Positions 6,762-16,839 of a stretch of 32,000 nucleotides of DNA are shown here, one piece after another. Source of the DNA: Geotalea uraniireducens Rf4. Lineage in GTDB: Bacteria > Desulfobacterota > Desulfuromonadia > Geobacterales > Geobacteraceae. The DNA is taken from positions 3,540,001-3,572,000 of the forward strand of contig NC_009483.1 in the NCBI RefSeq assembly GCF_000016745.1, read 5' to 3'. A program made the position numbers and the translations under genes. The notes under the pieces are model-generated. The model saw only the letters and a list, made by a program, of their open reading frames with translations. It was not told the DNA's origin and did not search any database. Numbering within the stretch: position 1 is the stretch's first letter; each line of letters opens with the position of its first letter.

Positions 6762-9700
6762 ATGTCCAGGTGCAGATTTTTGACATGGATGAGTCTGGCA
6801 TCGGCGGCAGTCGCCCTTGTCAGCGTATTTGACCCGGGCCGCGCCCTTGCCGCCCCCGTGACGGGGCCCGGCAGTGTCCCGGACTACTTCGAGACCCCAA
6901 ACTGGGCCAACAGCCCCCCCCTGAGGAAATTCGTCGACTCGCTGGCGCCTCTGGGGTGCACCACGCCGAACACCCTCGGCCAGTGTATTCCGGTTGCCGT
7001 CCCGGATACGACAACCTATCCGGGGTCCGATTACTACGAAATCGAGGTTGTCCAGTATCGCGAGCAGATGCATTCGGATCTTCCTGCGGTCGTCGGCAAC
7101 AAGATGGACCCTGCAGCCACAGGCGGGACCCTGCTGAGGGGGTACAGGCAGTTCAATACTGCCGATCCCAACCTGTTGACCCCCCACTACCTGGGCCCCC
7201 TGATCGTTACCAAGAAATACGATCCGCGATATGCGCCGGACGCACCCTTGCCGGGTGGCGGCACGAATGGGAGACCGGTGCGCATCAAGTTCATCAACAG
7301 CCTGCCCACCGGGGACGGCGGCTACCTATTCATCCCGACAGACACCACCGTCATGGGTTCGGGGATGTTTGAGATCAATTATGACCCGGTGACCAAGGCT
7401 CCCGGCCCCACGATCACCGGTGATTTCGCGCAGAATCGGGCCACCCTCCACCTCCATGGCGGCCACTCTCCGTGGATCAGCGACGGAACCCCCCACCAGT
7501 GGATCACCCCGGCTGGAGAGGTCACGCCCTACGCCAAGGGGGTCAGCGTGGCCTACGTGCCCGATATGTGGTTCGACGCGGCCGGGAACACGATTGCTGC
7601 CTGCGCGGGCCAGACGACCTGCGGGGTTGGGGGAGCGACGAACAATCCCGGTGCAGGCGCGCAGACTTTCTACTACACCAATGAGCAGAGCGCCAGGCTG
7701 CTCTTCTACCACGACCATTCCTGGGGAATCACCCGCCTCAACGTCTATGTCGGCGAGGCTGCGGGCTACCTGATTGAAGACCCCGTAGAGATTGCCCTGC
7801 GCGACGGCGGGACCATCAACAGCCGAACCTTCACCGCCGGGACGATTCCCACCGCCCAGATTCCTCTCGTCATCCAGGACAAGACCTTCGTGGACGGCAA
7901 CCCGGCCAGCCCGACTTACGTCCGCGCCACTGATCCCACCTGGAACTGGGGATCGGGCACGCCGGTCGGAGGCATTCGCCCGCCGGTCACCGGCGACTTC
8001 TGGTGGCCCCATGTCTACATGCCGGCCCAGAACCCGTTCAATCCCGACCTGAGCGGGATGAACGCCATGGGGCGGTGGCACTATGCCCCCTGGTTCTTCC
8101 CGCCGCCCCCGATATGCGGGTCCGACCCCGAAGCGGTGAAACCGTACTGCATCGAGTTTGGTACGGTCGCAAACCCCTATTACGACTGCGGCCCTGGCGG
8201 CCCTTGCACCAATCCGGGCCAACCGCCGGAGATCCCCGGCACCCCCAACGTATCATGGGGGGCGGAAGCGTTCCTGGACACCATGATGGTCAACGGAACA
8301 GTCTACCCGACTCTTCCGGTACAGGCGCAACCTTACCGCCTCCGGATCCTGAACGCCTCACACGACAGGTTCCTCAACCTGCAACTTTATAAAGCCACCC
8401 CTATCGTCAGCGGCATCACCGTTGTCACCGGGGGGACCGGTTATACTTCTGCTCCTACGGTCGCCCTCATCGGCGGCGGCGGGACGGGCGCCACTGCAGC
8501 AGCGACGATCGATCCGGCAACCGGCGCCGTTACTGCGATCGACCTTCTTACCGTGGGGAGCGGGTATACATCTCCTCCGGCTGTCTCCATCACGGGTGGC
8601 GGCGGAACGGGCGTCGCTGCAACAGCAGCAGTTTACACTGCCTTGACGGAAGTAGGCATGGTGCCTGCGGCATCGACCTCGGGCTTCCCTGCAAGGTGGC
8701 CGGCGGACGGCAGGGAAGGTGGCGTGCCCGATCCGGCGACGAGGGGCCCCGCGTTCATTCAGATCGGCACCGAAAGTGGCTTCCTGCCGGCGCCGGTGCT
8801 ACTGAACAACCAGCCTGTTGCCTGGAACCTCGACCCGACCATGTTCAACGTCGGGAACGTTCTCCAGCAGGCCGACGGAGGCGGCACGCTCTTCGTCGGT
8901 CCGGCTGAACGGGCGGACGTCATCGTCGACCTCACTAACTACGCCGGTCAGACCCTGATCCTCTACAACGACGCTCCCACCGCTTTCCCGGCGCTCGTCC
9001 CACAATATAACTACTACACGGGCGCCCCGGACCGGCGCGACATCGGCGGTGCAGCCCCAATCCCGCCGGGTTTTGGCCCCAACGTCCGGACCGTAATGCA
9101 GATCACGGTGGCGGGAACCGGCGGCGCCGCGCCCCCCGATGACTACAACCCGGCGACCCTGAACGCGCTGCAAACTGCCTTTGCCGGCGGTGCGACACCC
9201 GGCGTTTTCCAGTCGTCCCAGGAGCAGATCCCCGTGGGGCAGAGTGCCTACGATTCCACTTACAACACCACTTTCCCCGCCACCTGGCCGAACTGGGGCG
9301 TATCGAGAATCTCGGATAGCGCAATAAGCTTCCAGAAGGTTGATGGCACAATTGTGAGCAATTTCAAGATGAAGGCCAAGGCCCTCCATGACGAGATGGG
9401 CGAGACCTTCGACGACTACGGGCGGATGAGCGCCAAGCTGGGGCTCGAAGTGCCGTTCGTCAACGCCGCGAACCAGAACTTCATCCTCCAGAACTACGTC
9501 GATCCGGCCACCGAGGTCGTGAACAACAACGGAGTCCAGATCTGGCGGATCACCCACAACGGCGTGGACACACACCCCATACATTTCCACCTGTTCGACG
9601 TGCAGTTGCTCAACAGGGTTGGCTGGGACGGGTTCATCAGGCTCCCCGACCCCAATGAGCTGGGGTGGAAGGACACCGTCAGGATAAGCCCGCTGGAGGA

Positions 9701-10688
9701 CACGATCGTCGCGCTCCGGCCGACCACTCCCATAGTGCCGTTCTCGCTCCCCAACAGCATCCGTCCTCTGAACCCATCTACACCCTTCGGCTCCACGATG
9801 GGATTCTCGCAGCTCGACACGACGACAGGCGGAGACATTGTGCCGCCCCAAACGAACCAGTTGGCCAACTTCGGACTGGAATACGTGTGGCACTGTCACA
9901 TCCTGAGCCACGAAGAGAACGACATGATGCGGTCGACAATACTGAATCCCAACACCAGGGACGACATCCTCTGGAGGAACACCTCTAACGGCCTGAACGC
10001 GTTCTGGTACCTGGACGGGGTAACGCGCACGGCGTCTGCATATATTCCCTCAATGACCGATCAGAACTGGAAGATCGTGGGCAGGGGTGATTTCAACACT
10101 GACGGCAAACCCGACATCCTCTGGAGGAATACCTCCAACGGCCAGATCGCGGTCTGGTACATGGACGGGGTAACGCGCACCGGATCCGCATTCCTTCCCA
10201 CATTAACCGATCAAAACTGGAAGATTGTCGGTGTGGGTGACTCCAACAATGACGGAAAACCCGATATCTTCTGGAGAAATACCTCTAACGGCCAGAACTC
10301 GGTCTGGTACATGAACGGGGTAACGCGCACGGGGTCCGCTTATTTCCCCGTATTAGCCGACCAGAACTGGAAGATAGTGGGCGTACGCGACTTCAACGAT
10401 GACGGCAAACCCGACATCATCTGGAGAAATACCTCTAACGGCCAAAATGCGGTCTGGTATATGAACGGAGTAACGCGCACCGGGTCTGCTTATTTCCCCA
10501 CACTAACCGACCAGAGCTGGCAGATTGTGGGTACCGGGGACTTCAACAGCGATGTCTATCCGGACATCCTGTGGAGGAATACCACTACCGGAGCGAACAT
10601 GACATGGTATCTGAAAGGGATAACACAGATAGGGACGGGAACGATCGCCACACTTGCAGATCAAAACTGGAAGATTGTGGGACAATAG
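6762..10688 (+). CDS. large multicopper oxidase (OmpB/OmpC-like) with C-terminal FG-GAP/VCBS repeat domain
   Basis: All four MCO copper motifs are present: [23 protein letters not shown] and [14 protein letters not shown] prefer the start at 6762 (M21 of the ORF-track ORF 6702..10688) because AAAGGAGGG lies 6 nt upstream and a signal-like [20 protein letters not shown]...ALAAP follows. The C-terminus carries five repeats of the type [50 protein letters not shown]. Confidence 0.9.
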   Translation: MSRCRFLTWMSLASAAVALVSVFDPGRALAAPVTGPGSVPDYFETPNWANSPPLRKFVDSLAPLGCTTPNTLGQCIPVAVPDTTTYPGSDYYEIEVVQYREQMHSDLPAVVGNKMDPAATGGTLLRGYRQFNTADPNLLTPHYLGPLIVTKKYDPRYAPDAPLPGGGTNGRPVRIKFINSLPTGDGGYLFIPTDTTVMGSGMFEINYDPVTKAPGPTITGDFAQNRATLHLHGGHSPWISDGTPHQWITPAGEVTPYAKGVSVAYVPDMWFDAAGNTIAACAGQTTCGVGGATNNPGAGAQTFYYTNEQSARLLFYHDHSWGITRLNVYVGEAAGYLIEDPVEIALRDGGTINSRTFTAGTIPTAQIPLVIQDKTFVDGNPASPTYVRATDPTWNWGSGTPVGGIRPPVTGDFWWPHVYMPAQNPFNPDLSGMNAMGRWHYAPWFFPPPPICGSDPEAVKPYCIEFGTVANPYYDCGPGGPCTNPGQPPEIPGTPNVSWGAEAFLDTMMVNGTVYPTLPVQAQPYRLRILNASHDRFLNLQLYKATPIVSGITVVTGGTGYTSAPTVALIGGGGTGATAAATIDPATGAVTAIDLLTVGSGYTSPPAVSITGGGGTGVAATAAVYTALTEVGMVPAASTSGFPARWPADGREGGVPDPATRGPAFIQIGTESGFLPAPVLLNNQPVAWNLDPTMFNVGNVLQQADGGGTLFVGPAERADVIVDLTNYAGQTLILYNDAPTAFPALVPQYNYYTGAPDRRDIGGAAPIPPGFGPNVRTVMQITVAGTGGAAPPDDYNPATLNALQTAFAGGATPGVFQSSQEQIPVGQSAYDSTYNTTFPATWPNWGVSRISDSAISFQKVDGTIVSNFKMKAKALHDEMGETFDDYGRMSAKLGLEVPFVNAANQNFILQNYVDPATEVVNNNGVQIWRITHNGVDTHPIHFHLFDVQLLNRVGWDGFIRLPDPNELGWKDTVRISPLEDTIVALRPTTPIVPFSLPNSIRPLNPSTPFGSTMGFSQLDTTTGGDIVPPQTNQLANFGLEYVWHCHILSHEENDMMRSTILNPNTRDDILWRNTSNGLNAFWYLDGVTRTASAYIPSMTDQNWKIVGRGDFNTDGKPDILWRNTSNGQIAVWYMDGVTRTGSAFLPTLTDQNWKIVGVGDSNNDGKPDIFWRNTSNGQNSVWYMNGVTRTGSAYFPVLADQNWKIVGVRDFNDDGKPDIIWRNTSNGQNAVWYMNGVTRTGSAYFPTLTDQSWQIVGTGDFNSDVYPDILWRNTTTGANMTWYLKGITQIGTGTIATLADQNWKIVGQ
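9961..10685 (+). repeat. about 4.8 tandem copies of a 150-bp coding repeat (FG-GAP/VCBS blades)
   Basis: cgacatcctctggaggaa recurs at 9962 and 10112, with close variants (atatcttctggagaaa at 10263, acatcatctggagaaa at 10413, acatcctgtggaggaa at 10563) continuing the 150-bp period. Long identical runs recur, for example ggggtaacgcgcac and gaccagaactggaagat. Confidence 0.9.
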
Positions 10689-10716
10689 CAGCATTATGAT
10701 TACCGGGTTTTAGATT

Positions 10717-10772
10717 GCAACTCCGTTGGCAGTTCACGCCATCCGGCCAGACGGTCAACGGAGTTGCTTTTT
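10717..10772 (+). terminator. intrinsic terminator after the multicopper oxidase gene
   Basis: GCAACTCCGTTG (10717-10728) pairs perfectly with CAACGGAGTTGC (10756-10767), followed by TTTTT (10768-10772). The loop is unusually long at 27 nt. Confidence 0.55.
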
Positions 10773-10868
10773 CGGTCGTTACCTGAAAGTACCGGTTGAC
10801 TCGTCACAGCCGGAACGCGAAGGACAACGGGGCGCTTTGGAAATCATTGAACTTCTCTCGGAGTTCCC

Positions 10869-11087
10869 ATGAACATCTTTATTGCGGCCAATACCACCTG
10901 GTATATCTTTAATTTCCGCAGTCGCCTGATTGCAGCTCTCAAAGAGCAAGGACACCGGATTACGGTTCTTGCTCCCCGGGATAAGTATGTGTCGCGCATC
11001 GAGGCATTGGGAGTACGGCATCTGCACCTGGAAATGGATAATGCCGGTACAAACCCTCTGTACTTTCCCGCCTGGCTGCCCTGGTGA
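10869..11087 (+). pseudogene. 5' remnant of a GT4/GT1-type glycosyltransferase gene (first ~65 codons only)
   Basis: MNIFIAANTTWYIFNFRSRLIAALKEQGHRITVLAPRD...LEMDNAGTNPL matches the usual N-terminus of glycosyltransferases of about 370 aa. The ORF stops after 72 aa, exactly where the AT-rich block begins. Confidence 0.55.
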
Positions 11088-11108
11088 GCGTTGAGGGTTC
11101 TGCATATT

Positions 11109-11426
11109 TCACAAAAATTTCCAACCCCACTTGTTGAAGTATGCAATAGCACTTCGTATATGTATCCAGGTCATTTGCAGGCTCTTGTACGATGCCCGTT
11201 CCCATAAGTGTGTTACCTTTGCGGTGGGAAAATAGACGGTCCGGTAGCCGGCCTGTTGGATCTTTCTGCTTAAATCAGCATCCTCTAAATACATGAAGTA
11301 TCGGTCGTCGAACCCGCCGACCGCCGTAAGCGCATCGGTGCGGCAAAACATGAAGCTGCCAGACATGAACTCCACATCACAAATATCCTCGTAGCCAATA
11401 TCTTTCATCTCGTAGCGGTCATTGAA
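11109..11426 (-). pseudogene. 3' remnant of a GT2-family (rhamnosyltransferase-like) gene lacking the N-terminal catalytic half
   Basis: DVEFMSGSFMFCRTDALTAVGGFDDRYFMYLEDADLSRKIQQAGYRTVYFPTAKVTHLWERAS is the C-terminal third of GT2 enzymes. The upstream part of the ORF (to 11501) only overlaps the preceding gene in another frame. No DXD-containing N-terminal domain is present. Confidence 0.55.
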
Positions 11427-12543
11427 GCAAAGCGAAATACTGTTGTGCAACAATGCGCCAAGTGTAGCGGCGATTAGCAATTTCAACCATATCGCTCCCA
11501 ACTCTCTCGGCCACGTCCATCTTCATCGTTTCCATTAGTCGCACCAAATCGTCGCTACTCTTAAAAAAAAACGCCTTGTCTTCCGCTGTACTACGATTAA
11601 AGTCACAGTCAAACGCTAGCACAGGCTTGCCAAAATGCATCGCCTCTACCAGCGCAGGATTTGTGCCGCCTGCAGAGTGCCCGTGTACATAAAACGATGC
11701 TCGCGAGCGTAGCGTCTTGAGCTTGCCCATATCGTAGATCGGATCGAGTAAAAAAAGATTATTGCAAGCAGAATATCGTTCGCGAATCGTACTGCCATAC
11801 TCGCTGTTGTTCCAGTTACCCACCATTACCAAGTTATGCGCATCCAGCCTGGAAAACGCATCAAGAATGACATGCACATTGTTTTCCGGCTCAATACGAC
11901 AAACCGAAAAGGCAAAACTTTCAGGCAAATTATATTCATCCACCGCCGCCGCTTCAACTGCCACAGCATGATCGCCGCCGTAGGCGATCACATGACTATC
12001 CACTCCATAAGTCTGCTTCACGTATTCGGCAATCGCCCCGTTATCGGCTATCACCTCGTGCGAAAAATGCACTGCCATCTTTTCCGAGAAGCGCAAGAAA
12101 CGCTTGGCCAAGCCTCGCCACTTTTCACGGCGCCACTCAATGCCGTCAATATTGGTAATGATCCGCGCCGATGAGAAAAGCCGAACCAACGGCAGCGAGA
12201 TCGCACCCGACACACCCAACAGCAGAATCACATCGCTGCGATTCCAAACCGCAGAGAAAAACGACCAGATGTCATAAGGAATGCTCTGCATACCATTGGC
12301 ATTGAGCGGGATGTATTTGAGCTGCGCAGAAAGAAAAGATTGCTCTCTTGATGGATAGCTTCTGCTGCTACAGTAAACCATGATTGGATCATGCAACGAT
12401 GATGCGTCATGGTATCGGACAAGGTTTTCAGTCAGTGTCTCAAAGCCCCCATAATTGGCCGGCACACCCACTGTACCAATAATGGCGATGCTTTTATTTG
12501 GTATTAGCAAACGCTTCACCAGATATGCGTATAATGCGCTCAA
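11419..12543 (-). CDS. glycosyltransferase family 1 with DUF1972-type N-terminal domain (RgpA/WchF-like, likely rhamnosyltransferase)
   Basis: 374-aa ORF. IAIIGTVGVPANYGGFETLTENL is the hallmark DUF1972 N-terminus. A GT1 C-terminal domain follows (FYVHGHSAGGTNPALVEAMHFGKPVLAFD). The ORF-track start is TTG at 12543. GTG at 12519 is an alternative that shortens the overlap with the upstream gene. Confidence 0.8.
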   Translation of the reverse strand: MSALYAYLVKRLLIPNKSIAIIGTVGVPANYGGFETLTENLVRYHDASSLHDPIMVYCSSRSYPSREQSFLSAQLKYIPLNANGMQSIPYDIWSFFSAVWNRSDVILLLGVSGAISLPLVRLFSSARIITNIDGIEWRREKWRGLAKRFLRFSEKMAVHFSHEVIADNGAIAEYVKQTYGVDSHVIAYGGDHAVAVEAAAVDEYNLPESFAFSVCRIEPENNVHVILDAFSRLDAHNLVMVGNWNNSEYGSTIRERYSACNNLFLLDPIYDMGKLKTLRSRASFYVHGHSAGGTNPALVEAMHFGKPVLAFDCDFNRSTAEDKAFFFKSSDDLVRLMETMKMDVAERVGSDMVEIANRRYTWRIVAQQYFALLQ

Positions 12544-13540
12544 CCTTGTCAGGATTAATAAGTGCGTCGTACCAAATCGTAGCCATCATTCCATATGCGT
12601 TATGTTCCTTAGCATAGCGACTAAAACTTTGTATCGTTTGTTGGTTTTCCCAAGTCGCACCCATTACCCGAAAACCCTCACGGCGAAATGTATCTATTGA
12701 TGGGAATCCCTGACTAGGGCGATAATGCCAATCACAAATTACAATGTCCTTGGGGATCTTTGCTCTTAACAACTTTCCGTAACCGGGTATTACGCCATTA
12801 AGATTTTCTGGGTTCATATCTGGAAACTCATCTGGAGAAATCAACATATCACCCCACATCCAAGTTTCAACACCGCGTTTCTTCAAGTGCGCATGAATTT
12901 GTAACACGTCTTGCAAAAAAAGTTTTGCGGGCAACGCTTTTTCATCCACGCCACGCCATTTCTTAAGTTCTGATGGATTAAATACTTCATCGTGTCCAAT
13001 ATGAATTGCCTTGGGGTGTGCCAGGTCAATCACTTCATCAAGAACGGCAAAAACGATCTTCTGTACCTCTGCTTTACGTGGGTCATATGTTATATGGTTA
13101 AACATGAGTTCAGGACGTGTCTCCTGAAGAAAAAACTCTTGATGGGAAAGCAATTGCACACCGATGATAACATCAAGCCCTTTTCCTTTTGTATATGCGG
13201 CCCATTCCGCAAGGTCAGCGGGAGTCAATGGATACTTAATGGTTGCCCAAGGGGAGGAATTCAGCTTAACTCCACCCCAAATCATCAGCACAATTGCATT
13301 AAAACGTGCTGTCGCGGCCTTATCTACCCAATGCTTGGCATCGATTAAAGATAACTCCCCAAGCGGAAAGTGTAACACCCGCAGCGCATGAGCAGTGTTT
13401 CCTACATCCTTAGGTGTTCTTTCTGCTGCAATTTGATTCGTTAAATTAGGAACACTTTGCATAGCAAAACCGCCCCGACAGAATATTAACAGGCTGATGA
13501 ATACACATGCTTTAATACAAAGTGAATTACGCATGAGCAA
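12494..13540 (-). CDS. secreted TIM-barrel glycoside-hydrolase-like protein (GH20-like HIGxDE motif)
   Basis: 348-aa ORF with an N-terminal signal peptide (CVFISLLIFCRGGFA). AIHIGHDEV resembles the GH20 HxGGDE catalytic motif. Later W-rich strands (WMWGDM, ICDWHY, MATIWYD) fit a TIM barrel. Family assignment is tentative. Confidence 0.5.
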   Translation of the reverse strand: MLMRNSLCIKACVFISLLIFCRGGFAMQSVPNLTNQIAAERTPKDVGNTAHALRVLHFPLGELSLIDAKHWVDKAATARFNAIVLMIWGGVKLNSSPWATIKYPLTPADLAEWAAYTKGKGLDVIIGVQLLSHQEFFLQETRPELMFNHITYDPRKAEVQKIVFAVLDEVIDLAHPKAIHIGHDEVFNPSELKKWRGVDEKALPAKLFLQDVLQIHAHLKKRGVETWMWGDMLISPDEFPDMNPENLNGVIPGYGKLLRAKIPKDIVICDWHYRPSQGFPSIDTFRREGFRVMGATWENQQTIQSFSRYAKEHNAYGMMATIWYDALINPDKVERIIRISGEAFANTK

Positions 13541-13581
13541 TACTCCTTTAAAGTTCCGCGTGCTTTTTATCCAATCGCGAA

Positions 13582-14580
13582 CTACTTTGTTGGTTTAATA
13601 ATCACAACCATTGTGCCAGACCTACCAATTAGCTGACTAAACAAAGTAAATAAAAGCACTGGAAGCGCAATTAATAGGCTCAGTGCTGAACCAAATATGA
13701 ACATCGCCCAAGCCCCCCAAGCACCAAAGCGATCCAGATATGCGCGATTAATTCTTAATCCATTGAAAACTACATTATTGCCAGGCAAAATTTTATTGAT
13801 GAGTGTAATTAGATCGCCAACAAAGTTCTGATAGAGGGAATTGAAGAATATTTTTTTGACTTCATAACCTTTTGCGACAACTAAAGTGTGCAGACTTTGT
13901 GGAGTAAAATGATGCATGTGGCGGGGTGGATCTAAGTGGTACCAATCAGACTTTCCAAGTCGCGCTTGGAAACTTGCAAAGTTGGGCACGGCAATTACCA
14001 CTCGACCATCTGATTCCAGTTTTTCCTTGATTTTGGACAGAACTGAACCAGGATCACTTAAGTGCTCCAATACATGCCAGAGCATTACGTAGTCGAATTT
14101 GCTCGGGAATGATGGTGCCTCATCAATTTTCTTAAGCCCAATTGGTGAAACGGAGCTACCTAATCGGTCAGAAGCAAAGGCAAAACTGCGCGGCGATGGT
14201 TCAATTCCATAAACTTGAACCCCGTGTTTCTTGGCGACTTCCAAAAAGCGTCCTTTGCCACACCCAATTTCAAGCAGTTTCTTGCCAAGAATCTCTTTGT
14301 TGACTCCCAAGTAGCAAAGCTTTCCTTGTTCTAATGCTGACAGCAAAGGCTTAATTAACCTGTGCCACGCTTTCTCTCGTACATCGTAACAACCGCCCGC
14401 GTACAAATTGGGTGGTTGTTGCTTAATCTCACCTGTTTTGCCATAACCACATTGAGAGCAAATAAGAATTGGATAGTCATGGTTGCCACTGTAGTCAAGT
14501 GGAGTGGCACGATAGCTTATTACTAGCGAGCCAACTTTACAGATTGGACACTCCGCCGGTTCAGATAAAGAGTGATTCAT
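13582..14580 (-). CDS. class I SAM-dependent methyltransferase with N-terminal Cys4 zinc ribbon and C-terminal hydrophobic tail
   Basis: 332-aa ORF. CPICK...CSQCGYG forms the zinc ribbon. SAM motif I: LLEIGCGKGRFLEVA. YVMLWHVLEHL is also present. The C-terminal TM-like segment is AWAMFIFGSALSLLIALPVLLF. It has the same architecture as 18700..19656. Confidence 0.8.
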   Translation of the reverse strand: MNHSLSEPAECPICKVGSLVISYRATPLDYSGNHDYPILICSQCGYGKTGEIKQQPPNLYAGGCYDVREKAWHRLIKPLLSALEQGKLCYLGVNKEILGKKLLEIGCGKGRFLEVAKKHGVQVYGIEPSPRSFAFASDRLGSSVSPIGLKKIDEAPSFPSKFDYVMLWHVLEHLSDPGSVLSKIKEKLESDGRVVIAVPNFASFQARLGKSDWYHLDPPRHMHHFTPQSLHTLVVAKGYEVKKIFFNSLYQNFVGDLITLINKILPGNNVVFNGLRINRAYLDRFGAWGAWAMFIFGSALSLLIALPVLLFTLFSQLIGRSGTMVVIIKPTK

Positions 14581-14644
14581 GCTCCCTCTATATTTCTAAT
14601 GCACAACACACGTTAAGGAATATGTGCTATCCGGTTTAAATACT

Positions 14645-15556
14645 TCACCGCCTGCCCATTTTTCCGATAACACCATGAACCACACCAGTCAACATTGCTT
14701 TTAGACTTCTAATCATGTTTTTATCAACAAGTAAATTAATGAAAAACCGATAGCAAAGTGTAGTCAGAAAATAAATCCGAATTCCACAGGGAGTATATTT
14801 CCCCAGAATAAGGACGGATGTATTTCGAAAAGCATAATAGCGGCGTATTGGTGAATACTTTAATACCAATCTGCCAAACAACCGTTTAGGGGCTTCTTCA
14901 GATATTTCGTGTTGCATAATCACCGAGGGGCATACAAAAAGCTCAAACTCACGATTAAGTGCTCGTAAACACCATTCAGTGTCTACATGATCGATAAATA
15001 AATCCTCTCGAAATTTCCCAATTTTTTCCCATGCAGAAATTTTTAATAGCATTCCAGAGGTTATCAACATACTTGCATTGATTGCAGCATGATTCCCACT
15101 TAAAGGATCTATCTTTTTTACCCACCAACATCCTGCTTGAAAAACTGGAAGGACTTCCGTGCTACCTCGCTCATCAACAAATACAGGGCCAACAGCAGCA
15201 ACGTTTTTGTTTGAATCAGAAAGCGTTACAATAAAGTCATGTAAACCATTAACAAAAACATCGCCGGGTAAACTATCTTGATCAAAGGTTACAACATAAT
15301 CAGCTAAATTTTGAGCGGCAAGTCGACAAATTTCATTGAGAGCCTTGGCTATACCAACGTTTTCACCGCAGCCAATAATTTCGAAATTGCTCCCTTGGAA
15401 AAGCTTACATATATCTTTATCAAGGCAGCCCCCATTATTGAAAACAATTATTTTATCAACTTGAATTTCGAGTATATTAACTAGGTTTTTTAGTTTAACC
15501 AAATCGGGATGATAAGTAATGACTCCTGCCCATATCAAAGCATCAGTACTAATCAT
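14645..15556 (-). CDS. glycosyltransferase family 2 (rhamnosyltransferase-like)
   Basis: 303-aa ORF with GT2 layout: N-terminal Rossmann strand (AGVITYHPD), VVTFDQDS (DxD-like), and a C-terminal half DLFIDHVDTEWCLR typical of WbbL-like GT2 enzymes. Confidence 0.7.
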   Translation of the reverse strand: MISTDALIWAGVITYHPDLVKLKNLVNILEIQVDKIIVFNNGGCLDKDICKLFQGSNFEIIGCGENVGIAKALNEICRLAAQNLADYVVTFDQDSLPGDVFVNGLHDFIVTLSDSNKNVAAVGPVFVDERGSTEVLPVFQAGCWWVKKIDPLSGNHAAINASMLITSGMLLKISAWEKIGKFREDLFIDHVDTEWCLRALNREFELFVCPSVIMQHEISEEAPKRLFGRLVLKYSPIRRYYAFRNTSVLILGKYTPCGIRIYFLTTLCYRFFINLLVDKNMIRSLKAMLTGVVHGVIGKMGRR

Positions 15557-15636
15557 AATTTACTTTCCTGAGTAATTGGCAATTGCGAATACATCACAGA
15601 TGATCCGACAAAAACTGTTTTCCGTTGTAGAATTTC

Positions 15637-16743
15637 TCAAATAATTTGAAAAAAAATAAGTAGGTCAGGGATAGCTTGAACATTAAAAATCAAATGATAT
15701 GCGTAAAGCATGAAGTAAAATATAAACAATATAGACATTACTAGTTTATCATCGGATTGACACACAATTGCCGGAATCAATAAAAGCAATACAACGTTTA
15801 AATATTCATTTAGCCTGAAAGCTATGACTGGCAATTGAAATGATGACAAGAAAAAAAACAGAAACAACGAAATTGAAAATATTTTGAACAACACCAAATC
15901 AAACTCATCAATTATTTCTTTACTTCTTAAATACAAGACAGCAACAAATAAAAAAAGCCCCACATGAGAAATACTGATTAGATTGAATGCCTTTATTTCT
16001 TCTTGTTGCCCAGAATGAGCTACGTAATAGTTACTCAGCCACTCAATTGGTAATAACGCCTCCGGTGTGACTAAATCCACATTGACGCCATTTATAAAGA
16101 GGAGTATCCCAATAAAAGGCAATAAATAGAACATTCCTATTTTTACATATCGAACTATAAAATATAGAGGAAGCAACACTACAGAGCTCCAATGGAACAG
16201 TATTGCCAAGAGCGCTTTTAGGAAGTACCTCTTAGCATCACCTTTCGCGAGATCGGAAAGCGCGAGTAAAAAAATACCCGTTGCCACTCCTGCACGAATC
16301 TGAATATATTCGTGCAGGAGGTAGTATGAAAATGCATATAGGATCAAACTTAAAAGAGGAATCTTCGAGTACTTTAGTAATGCAAAAAGCTTAATGCTAA
16401 CCCCAAGTATTGCAAACATTACAAGAAATGTTTGAAAATCAGAGCCGAATAAGATGTCATTTATCCATAGCAATGCTCTGAAAGCGAACTCTACTGTGTC
16501 CAACTTCACATTAGTCTTATCTATCACCATCTCTTGGTAGGCGTAGTAATCAGCACTCGGACCAAATAGTTGCAACCCTGCAGTTGCGATCAATATGGTG
16601 CCAAAAACAACAATACAGATTATTTCTATATTGCTCGCTTTGAGAATATTGGCAACCATCAACCAACAGTTATTTTGTAGAAGTGTCTTGCTCTTATTTG
16701 ATTGATTCATAAGATAATTATCCGCACAAACATAGTTAGTCAT
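15637..16743 (-). CDS. EpsG/Wzy-like polysaccharide polymerase (polytopic membrane protein)
   Basis: 368-aa ORF with about 10 hydrophobic segments, very AT-rich, with Phe/Ile/Leu/Tyr-rich composition. Its size and its position among GT genes are typical of Wzy/EpsG polymerases. Confidence 0.6.
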   Translation of the reverse strand: MTNYVCADNYLMNQSNKSKTLLQNNCWLMVANILKASNIEIICIVVFGTILIATAGLQLFGPSADYYAYQEMVIDKTNVKLDTVEFAFRALLWINDILFGSDFQTFLVMFAILGVSIKLFALLKYSKIPLLSLILYAFSYYLLHEYIQIRAGVATGIFLLALSDLAKGDAKRYFLKALLAILFHWSSVVLLPLYFIVRYVKIGMFYLLPFIGILLFINGVNVDLVTPEALLPIEWLSNYYVAHSGQQEEIKAFNLISISHVGLFLFVAVLYLRSKEIIDEFDLVLFKIFSISLFLFFFLSSFQLPVIAFRLNEYLNVVLLLLIPAIVCQSDDKLVMSILFIFYFMLYAYHLIFNVQAIPDLLIFFQII

Positions 16744-16839
16744 ATATTCGAGTTCAGATTAGTCCAAATAACCAAACTACACTTTTTCAGGGATGACTAT
16801 TTAATCTGTTGTTCAGCACAGCGAACAGCCCGCCAACTT

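Noticed and set aside
6738-9911. Long minus-strand ORFs (6738..7187, 7326..8222, 8799..9911) and several plus-strand off-frame ORFs within the oxidase gene
   Set aside because: These are typical high-GC antisense shadows (Arg/Gly/Pro/Val-rich, no motifs). The sense frame carries all four copper-binding motifs.
10779-11205. Minus-strand ORFs 10779..11105, 10844..11152 and 10960..11205
   Set aside because: They overlap one another and the GT remnant. They have no domain similarity or RBS and lie in a recombination scar.
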